Shown piece after piece: positions 42,441-54,732 of a stretch of DNA of 64,000 bases. A model generated the notes under the pieces. It was not told the DNA's origin, did no database searches, and was given only the letters and a program-made list of their open reading frames with translations. This stretch comes from the human T2T-CHM13v2.0 reference genome, Homo sapiens. Numbering within the stretch: position 1 is the stretch's first letter; each line of letters opens with the position of its first letter. Position numbers and translations under genes: made by a program. The DNA lies in assembly GCF_009914755.1 (NCBI RefSeq), contig NC_060927.1. The stretch is one strand, 5' to 3'.

Positions 42441-44319
42441 GATAAATGTTACCGTATTTTTAAAAAATTAACCCTATTTTCTAAAAAAAACCATATTGGC
42501 AAAGGAAGACGTAGAGTGTTGGAAATAGTTCTATTAAATGCAATGAAATATGATTTGGAAAAGAGAACTGGATTTGAAAATTCAGGCTTGAATCTTTCTT
42601 CCCCTACTTTTGAGTCATGTCATCTTACATCTCTTTCTGAGCTTCAGCTCCCTCATTGGAAAAATGAGAATACTAATCTTTCCTTCATCATCTGTTACTT
42701 ATCTGATATTTTGTTTCAGTAGTATTACCGTTATAAGTTGGAAAAATGACTTTGGATATTTAGATAATATTTTGGGTGACTGTTAGGTATAAAATGCGTT
42801 CAGCGCAGTACCTAATATAGGGTGGGCCCTCAGTAAGTGTTGTGAATTTTGAGAAGCTATTTTTAAAATATTTATACCTAAAAAGACAGATGTTTATAAC
42901 TATTGGCTAACTTAAAAGACAGTCCAAACTACAGAACAAAATTTATAAAAGACTCCATTATAAGGCTTTAGCTATTTTTGTAAGTTGGATTGGTATGGAA
43001 GAAATGGGTAGAAGGCATTATTTACAATCTCATATTGAGTTGATGTCTACATCAACATTCACTATTTTGAAAAATCTATTTTGGACTGAAATTTATGAAC
43101 AATTAAAATTTCCTATACTATTCCTCCACAAAAGTAAAAGTATGAATCTTCTGAAAATGACATATTATAATTTGTACAGTTCTTCCAAATCTATGGCAGC
43201 AAGCTTGTGCTTAAATACATATGATTTAATGAGTAGAGTTGAACTGTTTTAGGGAATTTTCTGTAGAAGCTTAGCAGTAACTAGCAGCTGGATGCTTATG
43301 ACACTAATTTGTGTCACTTCTTCATACTTCTGGGTTTTGTAAAGTTCTCATCTTGTCTTCTCCAGCCAAAAAGATTCAGGAGTTCACCTGTTGTATAAAT
43401 GAATTAATTTCACTCTTACTATTGAATCTTACTACAAGCCTCACTGAATATATGACAATGAGGACTTTGTCTGTTAACTTCACCTCTGCAATTCCATTAC
43501 CTAAAACTATGCCTACTTCATGGTAGGCACCCAAATATTTCCTAAATAAATGGACGTATGAATAAATGAATGAATTGTTTTCTCACTTTGAATACCATTC
43601 CTCATCAGCATCTCGTTTCATCATTTTCTACCCAGTTGAAATTTTACCCCATCTTTCAGGATTATTTCAAATTCTCCAGTTATTCCTCTGTTTATTTGAA
43701 CTTTTAATTTAAAAAAATGTTTCCCCAGCTTTAGGAGAGTTGCAGTTGCCCTCCTTGTGTGAGTTGTGCCATTGTTTCCCGATATAAACTAGGCTTTACA
43801 GCAGGGATCCATTCCCATTATCCTTCAGACAGAGAAGTAGGAAGAAAACTAAACACTTTAGAGTTTTCCTTATGCCAGGTAATATGTGAAGGTCTCTATG
43901 TCTCCTACTCACCCTGGTGAGGTTGCTATTATTTTATAGCTTAGGAACCTGAGTTTGGAAATACCATTAAGTCTAAAGCCACATGGATTATAAGTTGCAG
44001 AAACAGGATTTAAATATTAGTAGGCCTGACTCCAAGTTCAGTATGCCTTCTTCTATCTCACTTTAATTCAATGGTCTTCAAATTATCCAGGCATATGATC
44101 TATCACAGTCCTCTGTAAAACATACATTTTATTAAAATTTTTACATATTTATTTTCATTAATGAAATAAGGCACCAATAATATTTAATGGCCACATTTAA
44201 TAAATAGGTGCAATTTAACATGTCTTTAAATGTTTGTTTCTCTAAAAATAATCTTTGTTTTCTTCTAAATACAAACCTAATGGATAATAATAAACTTAGA
44301 AAAATTGATTAATTATACA

Positions 44320-44562
44320 AATATATGGTTTGATAGAAGAAATAAGACCTAGTGTTCAATAAATCAGTAGGGTGACTATAGTTTACATTAATCTATTGTA
44401 CATTTAAAAATAGCTAGAATAGAATAATTTGAATGTTTCTAGCATAAAGAAAAGACAAATATTTAAGGTGATGGATATCCCAAATATACTGATTCAATCT
44501 TTACAAATCATGCGAATGTATTAAATTATCAAGTGTACTCCAAAAAAATTAAATAAAAAAAT
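44320..44562 (+). mobile_element. L1MA-type 3' end fragment
   Basis: gatagaagaaataagacctagtgttc...tagggtgactatagtt...aaggtgatggatatccc...aaataaaaaa. Confidence 0.85.
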
Positions 44563-45863
44563 TAACAGCAAGTACAGTGAAGAATTCATTTTCATAAACA
44601 TATGTTTTAAGAGGTGAAGATTGTTGGTTACAAAAATTTGCAAAGCATTTGTATTGAAATACTGGCTTTGGAAATATTCTACCTGGTAATTCTGAACTCA
44701 GGGTAAAAAAAAAAAAATGAGAATAAAATGCTCTTATGTGACCTTATCACTTCTAAATATCACTGCTATTTTCATAGTGCCTCATTTGTTAATGTTTCTT
44801 TCAAGCAGGGTGGTGTAGAGGGAGGGAGCCTGAGTCTGTTTGTCAGAAGACCCTGATCTAGGTCCTGACTCTGCCATTTACTAGCTGTTGAGACACTGGG
44901 CAAACCACTACCATGTCTGAGCTTCAGGGTATTATCTCTAAAATGAACACGTCAGTACCTGCTCAGCCTGCTTCCCTGGTTTTGAAAATCAAATAGTATG
45001 TGAACCATGTGTATGAATATGTCTACAAAACAATAACTCATTATATGCACAAAGAGTACTTTATCCTATGGGGTCAGACAGACTCACATTCAAGTTTCAG
45101 CTCAACCTGTAATCAAGTTACTGAATCTGTAAATATTTATACCTAAAAGACAGATATTTGTAACTATTGTAATCTGTAAAGCTGTGATAGAAATGCTTAT
45201 CTCATAGATTTATTCTGACTATGAAATTTAAACGTGTGTAAAATACTAGAAGAAGGCTGTTTCTTCTATTCCCCCTTTTTAAAAAAAATTTATTATCACT
45301 TCATAAACATGATCTTTTAGACTCTGCCAGCAATTTTTGGTGAGATTTTCTTAAAAGCTACATCATTGGTATTGCCAGTTCTTCTCCCATAGAGCGGAAT
45401 GGTCCTTTTGAGTTCTACCAAGATAATGTAGTTAATGAAACCCTCCAAGTGGATAATTCTGGGCAGTTGAGGGCTAAAATCATACTGTTGCCAAGGGCTG
45501 TAGAACGGATCTGTTATAAAAACCTGCTCCAAATTTACCTTGAGACATCACATGAATTCTCCTATGAGTGCTTTTGGCTTGCCTTTGCTCCTTTTCTTAT
45601 TCTAGGACTGTTTTAAAAAGCTGTTTATTCTGCAGCAGTGATACATTTAAATGGCAAAATTTTTTGAAAAAAGCAACAGCTGGGTTAATTTTATATTGCG
45701 TTGTAAATGACTGCTAGAAGATCCTTTTCTGCAAGTGGGTTCTCTTATAGGGAAAGCATTTGGAAACTAAGGGGAGAAAGAAAGACGTAACTGATTCTAG
45801 TCCAGCTCCCCAAACAGTAAGACCTTCAATCACCTTGAGAGCTAAGTAAGCAAGAAAAAGAAA

Positions 45864-45905
<42 letters not shown>
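45864..45905 (+). repeat. (TG)n microsatellite
   Basis: Directly visible. Confidence 0.95.
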
Positions 45906-45909
<4 letters not shown>

Positions 45910-46538
45910 AATTTTAAATCACCGGTCATTTTTATGTATTTTTCCTCTTTTAGCAATGTCTGAATTGCTATGAGCAAAAGAAAGACCAGGCCAAAGAAAT
46001 GGCATAACCTACAAAGGAATTTATTCTCTAAATTGCAGGGTATGCTACAACCTTTCATTTCTTGTGAAAAGATTTTTGTCTTTCTCCTGGAGCCTCCCAG
46101 TAAGAATTCTGTGATTTAAAAATATCACAAGTGAGAATCATATGAATGACTCATGCAGAATACTCAAATTTTCTTTCTCTTGGGACTATAAGTACCATAA
46201 TATTTTTTTTAAGTAAAAACATCAGTCTCACTGGAAGAAAAGTAAAGAATTTGTCATGAACAGTTGGCCTTTTTAGAAGCTAAATTTCTGTTCATTTGAT
46301 TAATTAATTTTATTTAATATTAATCTTAAACTTAATGTTAAATCTATAATTACATTACACGACAATGAGACAAACCAGTATCCCTGCAAACCTAAAAGAT
46401 TTTCTACAAGTTGAGGTTCAAACAGATCTTGATTTCAGTCCTAGCTTGCCATATTACTTATAGAACAGTGGAGAAAGTTATATTCTGTCGGAGCCTCAGT
46501 TTCCAGAGCTATATAATGTGTGCAGTTTGAGAATGACA

Positions 46539-46937
46539 TGTAGTAGCTACCCTCCAAGATGATCCCAGTGACCTTCTGGTATTCAAATCTTTATGCAGTC
46601 CCCTCCCACATTGCACTGATTTGGTGGTCTGCCTGATGGAGAGGCTCATGAGGCAAAAGACTAAAGCCTCCAGGCAATAGCCAGGGAGGGAATGAGCCTA
46701 TGTACAATCTCATGAGTGACCTTGAAAGTATATTCTCCAGCTTCATCTGAGCCTGGGGGTGACTGTAGCCCAAGCTGACAGCTTGACTGCAATGTCATGA
46801 GATACGCTGAGCTAGAACCATCCAGCTAAACTAGTACTTAATCCCTGACCTTCAGAAATTATGTGAATAGTAATGTTTGCTGTTTTAAGCAGCTAATTTT
46901 TGGACAAATTCGTTACCCAGCAGTTGACAACCAATAA
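46539..46937 (+). mobile_element. MLT1F/G-like MaLR LTR
   Basis: ccctccaagatgatccc...ctgagctagaaccatccagctaa...tgttttaagcagctaattttt...gttacccagcagttgacaac. Confidence 0.8.
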
Positions 46938-47067
46938 GCATTATGACAGGAAAAAGAGTTTATTCCTTGTACTCCAAACAATTGAAAGCTTGTTGAATAT
47001 TTAAGCAGTGCATATAAGAGATTTTTGTTTTAGACTCTTTCCCTTACAAAAATTTTATGTTTTCTAC

Positions 47068-47255
47068 CAGTTTTCAAACTACATTGTGATAAATAACAAC
47101 CTGGAGAAATTGTTTAATACATATACACTTTGGTCTCACCGCCAGAAATTCTGATTTAGTACATTAGGGGTGGGGCCTAGGCATTTTTATTTGTAACAAG
47201 CATCCCAGGTATTTGAGATGCAGGTGTCCTACCGACATACTACCTCTCAGAAACT
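47068..47255. mobile_element. MER5A/B-like DNA transposon
   Basis: ccagaaattctgatttagtac...ggggtggggcctaggcattt...taacaagcatcccaggt. Confidence 0.75.
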
Positions 47256-49859
47256 CCGCCCCTGTCAAATCGAGTTGTTAGATACTCTCAGAACCCCTTC
47301 CAGCCCTTCTTGCATATCCTAGGATGATAACTTATCCTGGATTGCCATGGACTTCCTTCGTTATAAAATGGAAAGTCCTGAGTCTCAAGAAATCCCTCAG
47401 TCCTGGAAAAATGGCTAAAGATGTTAAAACCATATTTGGTCATTCAGTGTCCTCCCATGCCAGTCTCTGCAACAGAAATGCCCCATCCACCACAATCTCT
47501 GCATTTTCACCGACCAGTGTCTAACCCATCCTTCAAGGCCCAGTTTAGATGCCACTTCTCCATCTCCAACAAATTTTCAGCTTCTCCTCCATTAACCCAA
47601 GAGCCTTTGGATTCTCAAAGCACCTTTTCTTTTACGGCATCTTATAAGAGTAACATTTGTACCTTCTTCATCTTTTGTAAGTCCCAGGAGGCAAGGACTG
47701 CTGTCTTATGCATCTCATGGATGTATGTCAGGCTCCTTGATTCGAGGTGTCACTTCAGGTTCAGGTACCAGCTGACTGCAGCCCACAGGAACAAAGCCTT
47801 TGGGGAAAGGAAGAAAGCATCACTCCTTGGAGAGGGTTCTCCATATGCTCCCTTTCAATATGTTTGAATTTAAAGCAATCCTGTGGTCCTCACTCTCGAA
47901 AGATTAAAGAGGCTGTCATTATAAATAGGATAGCTGTACTAAGGCAGGTGGCTTCTTTTCTGACAGCTCTTTCACCAGCAGAGCCTACTGACAGATCCCT
48001 AGGAATTTTCACTGATACATACCCTGCCTCTTTCTATCAGATTTACCAGTGATTAAAAAAAAAAACAATATAAAATTAGTTTGTAGATGGTCCATTAAAA
48101 TTTACCAAGGAGTTCATTATAATGATAAAGATCAAAGTTAGCAGAGAACTCAATATGCTTAATTATGACTTCAAACTGCAAAGAAATCAATCAAAGCTCT
48201 CTCTCCCTTATCCTTGAAAAGGATTAAGTTTCTTTGCCCAATTTTAGATGGAGTTCATACAAATGAAAGGTTTTGCACTTGGGAGGCAGGTGAAGTTAAT
48301 CATCAGTTTGACATCAACCTGGCTTAGACTTCAGGAAGGCACATCCATTGGTCTAGGGAAGGGATAGAGTTGTTTGGGCTTTGCCTTTTTTTTCAACTGT
48401 CATCTTTGTATTGTGCTTGTTTTCTTAAATTACAAAATTTACATTCTCCTTGGTAAAGAGAATAACTGGAAGAAGTTTCTGAGACAATAAGAATAATAAT
48501 TGTCATATACTGAATACTTGGTCTGTGCTAGGCACTGTGCTGAGTGAAACATCTCTCGTTAGTGAGTTTTCTCAATATACTCATGTAACTGTGCTTGAAA
48601 GTAATCTGGCACTTTATTCAGTGTTGGATATTACAGTGTCCAATTTAGTTTTCACAATAATCCAGAAGAGGAGATAGAATTATTGTCTGCATTTTACAGA
48701 TGAGGAAATAGAGACCCAGAGGGTAAGTTATTCACCTGGAGTCACACACAAGTTACAAGAATGAGCCAGGACTCAAACTCAGGCAGTCTGACTTCCCATC
48801 CCCAGTTCTTATATTATGGGGTTCCTATATTATGTTCCCCATCACCCTTATCACCTTCTTAAATGAGAAGTTTCTATTCAAACCAAGTGTCTTCCTGAAA
48901 AATCACTTTTAAAATGGTCACTACTATTATTAACAAAGTGCTGAGTTTACTTTAATTCCTTCATTCCTTAATGTTTCCCCAGAAGCTGTGTAATAATAAT
49001 ACGTTCATATTTTAGCATTGACTGACATTGTAATTTCAGCAATGTTTCCTTCTCCTCTTGGCTTGCTCTTTAATTAGCAGCTTTGTCAGCCTGTAGCAGG
49101 CAGTTTCACCACCCTTCCTTTCCCTGCCATCCCCTCACCTCAGCCTTTCTGTCAAATAATCTATTTTTTCATTAAAGTTGAAGGAAATTTTCATGAGTCT
49201 TTTCTAATTCAGATAATCATCCTTCAATTTACAAGTTCTGTAAATTTTGATTTTCATATATTAAGTTTTCGTAAAAGAGGTCACACATTGAGATGAAGTG
49301 AGAATTTCTGTGTTGAAAAGATTCCTAGGGGGAAGCCTATTTAGAAAGCTGCTTTAGAGAAAAAAACATGGACTCTCGTCTAATTGCATTTGGTACTGAG
49401 GGACTAATAGAGATCTGATATCAGACTTGAGAAGAACATAGTTCGTGGCTTTTAATCTTGCTCACATTAGAGGAAAATAATGAATAAGGACTTTTATCCA
49501 AGTAAAGGAATTTGAAGGACAAAGAGAAAAGGAAGATAATCTTCAGTAACATTAGAAAAAAAGGAATAGGAAGAAGAGGGTCTGGGTATGAATTAAATAC
49601 AAGAAATACTTGAATAAATCCCTAATTTTGCTTTGGCATTTAAGTTGAGAGATGAAAAGAAACTTAACTATTTTTTGTTTGTTTGCTTTGTAATTGTTGG
49701 AACTTTTTATTGTGGGCTCATTTATTGTGGGTGGTCTATAAGATATTCTAGGACAAGAAATATATCTAATTAATGGTGACGTCATCAACACAAAATATCA
49801 AACATACAGCGGATATTCAATGGATGTTCTCTTAAGCAAATTTTATTGACTTAGACATA

Positions 49860-51400
49860 TTTTATTTTTTAACAACTCGATTGAGATATAATTGACATAA
49901 TAAATTACTTAATTATCATTTCCAATCTTCTTCATTTCTATGTACAGATCCACATTTCATCTGAAATAATTTGCCTTCTGTTTGAGACTTTCTATAACAT
50001 CTTTTGTAGTGTATGTCTGTTGGTGGTATATGTTTTCAGCCTTATTATGTCTGAAAAAGTCTATGTCATCTTTGTTTTCTAAAGAAATTTTTGTTGGGTA
50101 TCAAGTTCTAGATTGCAAGGGGTTTTGCTTTAAGTATTTTAAAGATGTTGCTCCACTGTCTTGTTACTTGCACTACTTCTAACAAGAAATTTTCTGTAAT
50201 TCTTATCTTTGTTCCTCTGTACATAATGTGTCTTTTCTCCCTGGGTGCATTTAAGATTTTCTTCTTCATCATATGCTTTGAACAATTTAACTATGATGTA
50301 CTTTGGTATGGTTTTCTTCATGTTTATTGTGCCTGGAAATTCATTAGACTTCCTTGATCCATAGAATTATAGTTTTATAATTTTCATTGAATTATAAATT
50401 TTCATTAAATTATAAATTTTATAGTTTTCATCAAGTTTTGATCATTATTTTCCGAATTTCCTTTTTGCCCTCCCCTTCTATAGACTTCAGTTTCTCATAA
50501 TTAGGCTTCTTGAATTGGTCCCACAGATCACTGATGCGCTGTTCATTTTTTAAATTCTTTATTCTATCTGTGTTTCATTTTGGATAGTTTCCTTTGCTAT
50601 GTTTTCAAACTCACCAATCTTTTCTTCTACACTTCTAATCTGTTATTAATTCTACCAAATCTATTTTCAACTTCAGAAATTACAGTTTTTACCCCTAGAA
50701 GTTCAATTTGGGTTTTTGGTTGGTTGGTTGTTTTTATCTTCAAATGTCTCTACTCACATTCTTGAACATCTGTAATACACTTACAGCTGTTTTCATGTCC
50801 TTGTCTGCTAATGTTAACATCTATTTTGCTTCTGGATCAATTTCAATTGATTCTTCTCCTCATTGTGGGTTGTATTTTCCTGTGTGTTTGCATGTTTGCT
50901 CATCCTTGATTGGATGCCAGATACTTTGATTTTTACCTTGCTTGATTCTGGATGTTAAAAAATTTCTATGAATATTATTAAGCTTTATTCTGAGAATTAG
51001 TTAAATTATTTGGAAATTGTTCCATTTGTTCAGGTCTTACTTTTAATATTTGTTAAGTAGGATCAGAGAGGTGTTTAGTCTAGTGCTAATTACTCCCTGC
51101 TTCTGAGGCAAGACCCTTCTGGGTCTTCTACAAAATGCCTGTGAGTGACAGGTTTTCCATTCTGGCTGGTGACCCCAGCCCTGTGTGAGCATCAGATATT
51201 CCCCCATCTAATCTGTTGGGTGGTCCTCTCCTAGACACGGGCAGCCTTCTCACATGCATGTGCTGACCACTCCTATGCTGAATACTCAAGAAGCACCCTC
51301 TACACTGCTTACTCCAGAGTTCTCTCTGTGCTACACACTTTATCCTCATTTTTGTTCTATCCTGCAAACTACAGGGGTTCTAGTTTCCCAGACATGCATA
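49860..51400 (-). mobile_element. Old L1M 5' region (degenerate ORF1)
   Basis: Minus ORF 50139-50321 (KKTIPKYIIVKLFK...EENLK) resembles L1 ORF1p; T-rich strand bias. Confidence 0.8.
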
Positions 51401-52910
51401 TGCATTGTGTGTATAACACAAATAAGTAAAGTGGCCATCTTCTGCCTGCTTTGTGGGTGTCTGAGACGGTATTTGCATGACAACAGACTGTATTTAAAGC
51501 CCTCTTCTGTGTACCCACTCTTCAGCCCTCAGGCTGAGTAAATATTTTCTCAAGCAGATACCCCATACCCAGCTCAGTTTAGGGAAGAGCTACCCCCTAC
51601 CATGCCCTGCAAGCTTCCTGCCTCCAACTCCCCACCCCAGAATCCCTCCCAACTGCCTCGTATACTCTTCTTTTTTCCATTGGTATAGTTGAGACAAAGT
51701 CATTCTCATCTCTCTCACCTTTGGTCTCCTTATTTGTTTTGTTTTCTTCTCAGAAGACAGCTTTGAGGAGGAAAGTAGACTCTTATTGTTTTTATGCAAT
51801 TAAAAAAGTGAAGGATGCAAACCTCCCTACATATGAGGGAATTTATTGGCTTACATGATTGAGAAGTCCAAGGATATAACCGCCTTTAGGTTGGAAGTTC
51901 AAATCATAGTCATTAAAATTGACTGAGTTGAACCATATGTATTTAAAATTATTTGGCAATTTTGATCTTTAAAAATTGGAAATCTCATACTTTTAACCTC
52001 ATCATTTTTTTCTCAGTCTTTCAGGTCTGCTTTCACCTGTGTAGCTTCCTATTTCATATAGATTCTTGCTGATGTTGTCAAGATGACTAGGGCAGCCTCA
52101 GCCTATGTCCTCTCAGATCCAAGGCCAGTGGGAAGAATATCTTTCCTTGCTCCAAGGCCTCAGAAAAATATTCATGCTGTCCCAATGGCTCTGATGGCCT
52201 CTCATGTCCAACACAGAGCCAATCCTGAGGTTACTGTGGGGGCACTAGCTGGCTGAGACCTGGATATGAATTCCAGCCCTAGAACAAGGTGTGGAGCCCT
52301 ATATGAACCACATGGCTTGAAAGTCAGGAGGGCTGGCTTCCCAGAAAGAAATCAGAAAGGAGACTCCTGGTGCATGCTCAGACCCTAAGAGTATCTTGCT
52401 TTGGATGCTTGGCTTAAAAACACTTATCCCAATGTGGTAGAGGGGATATTAATGAGCTGTTCCCTGTACTCTCAGTGTGTCCTGTTAACTTAAAACCACT
52501 CAGAAAACACATAGATGTCATTTAATACAGGTATCCTTCCCACATTTTTCAAAAAATCAGATATGTCAAGTTGAATGTGTACTAGTGAATGAACAGATGC
52601 CAGGAGAAAGTGGTGGCTTTTTTTTGTTGTTGTTGTTTTGGTTAATAATCTATTTGCTTTCTGGGTGTTTTTAATTAGCTATGATTTTCCCTTTAATATC
52701 TCAATATAAAAACAAATGAGATGTAATATATTTTGTGAATCTCAATTGTCAGTTTGGGAAATTTTATCTGTTCCCCTGACAACCACTGGCTGATAATGGG
52801 GGTAACGGTGGTAAGGGAATAACCAGATCAACTTCTCCATGGAAATTCTAGATGTGGAATTTAGATAAAGTTTTAGCCAGCTTTTATCTATAAAAGTAGA
52901 TAATGTAGAG

Positions 52911-53180
52911 CAGGGGTCCCCAACCCCCGGGCCAAAGACCACTATGAGCATTACCACTTGAGCTCTGCCTCCCGTCAGATCAGCAGCAGCATTCACCCTA
53001 TTGTGAACTGTGCAAGTGAGGGATCTAGGTTGCATGCTTTTTATAAGACTCTAAGGCCTGATGATCTGAGGTGGAACAGTCTCATCTCAAAACCATCCAT
53101 CTCCCTGCCAACACCCCGTCCATGGAAAAATCGTCTTCCATGAAACCAGTCCCTGGTGCCAAAACGGTTGGGGACCACTG
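52911..53180. mobile_element. MER1B hAT DNA transposon (internally deleted)
   Basis: TIRs CAGGGGTCCCCAACC / GGTTGGGGACCACTG; 8-bp TSD ATGTAGAG/CTGCAGAG. Confidence 0.93.
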
Positions 53181-54039
53181 CTGCAGAGAATGCAATCTGG
53201 ATTTAAAGTTGTGTGTGTATGTATATTTCTGTACATATGTGTATATATAATAAGTACATATATGAATACTTAGAAGTATTGTCATCAAACAGGTTATGTC
53301 ATTATGTAAAAAGTGCTTTCAATATCCATATTAAACATAGTCTTCTATGTATTATTTTAAATTTAATACCCTATTGAACTCAGCAAAACATAGAGGAGAG
53401 AACCTTGAGTAGGAATTAGGAGACCTAAGACATACCCATCCTTGTAGTTAATTCATCTAAAACTTTAAAAAAGGAAATTCTGCCTTCTGAGCCTCACTTT
53501 CTTCATCTTTAAAGGAGAGGGTAATACAGGATGGTCCCTTTTAGAACCTAGAAATCTGTGATGATCTAAATTCCCCTCCATTAGCAATATGACAAATTCT
53601 AATGTGCAAAAATGAAATAAATCCGGCAATGAAATGAGTCATAATAAATAATTCTAACAACAAAGAATAATGTATACATTTAAAAAACACTCAACCCTTA
53701 AGTAGCTACTGTTTGACATGTTGTTGAATTTTCTTCTAGACATCCCTTTTTGCCTATGTGCTCCAAGATATATGCATATGATTTTACATTAATAAGAGTG
53801 ACCATACTTGCAGTTCTATAACCTGCTGGCCAAAGACTTAAATTTCTATTATTAAAACTATAAATTCACAGCCTCCTACCAGTTGGGACCTAGGTGCTGC
53901 TCAGCAATCTCTATTTCCTTAGTCAGCTCTCTCTCTTGCTCATGTTCCCTCTCTCTCTCTTTCCCTAGTTTTTCAGTGGGGCTATTTCAAACACTGCCAC
54001 ATCTCTTTAAACTTCAGCTACATCCATCTTTCCCTTCTG

Positions 54040-54685
54040 TCAGCAGATGCACTCATTTTCTACTTTCAGAAAAAAAAGAGAAAGTCATTTCTTTCAACTT
54101 CCTGCAGCCAGACCCACTTACATGACTTACCTGTGTCTACCCACATGCTTTCCTCTTTCCTTCCTGACGTAATGGAATAAGCTCCTTATCCTGCTTATGA
54201 TGACCTGTCCATTGTGTTCTGGGATCCCTGCCTCTTCCATGGTGGCACAGCCCCACCCAACTCTTTTGCACTAAGCTCCCTAAAGCTTGCTCCATACCAG
54301 GGCCACTGGCCTCATCTCAGTTTTTTAAACAGCCCAACCTCTCTCCTGCCTTAGGACTCTTGCTCTTGTTCTGGAATATTCTTTCCTCCACTCTCCCCAG
54401 GGTGAGATGAGTCTCCTTTTCCAAATCTACATTTAGATGTCCTCCCTTTACGACTGCTTCTGTGACCATCTCAGTGGATATCTCTGCAACATGCTTGTAG
54501 CACTGACCACAACAGAAACTATTGGATTCTAGTTTGTTCCTTTGTTATTGCCTGGTTCCTTCACAAACAGCAACTTCATAAGGGCAGAAACTCTATTTCA
54601 ATCACTCATCTAATAATACATTCAAGGTCTCACAGAGTCCCAGATACTGATACCATTTATTGAAAGAATGAATAAATGAATGAGT
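54040..54685 (+). mobile_element. L2 3' region
   Basis: ctctcctgccttaggactcttgc...ttctggaatattctttcc... ending in tttattgaaagaatgaataaatgaatga. Confidence 0.75.
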
Positions 54686-54732
54686 ATCTTCCTAACTCAA
54701 GTGGCCACTTCAGTTGAAGAAAGGTTGATCTG

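Noticed and set aside
47421-48052. 148-aa and 101-aa plus-strand ORFs as possible SYNPR exons
   Set aside because: No similarity to synaptophysin-family sequence, and the first overlaps L2-like relic sequence.
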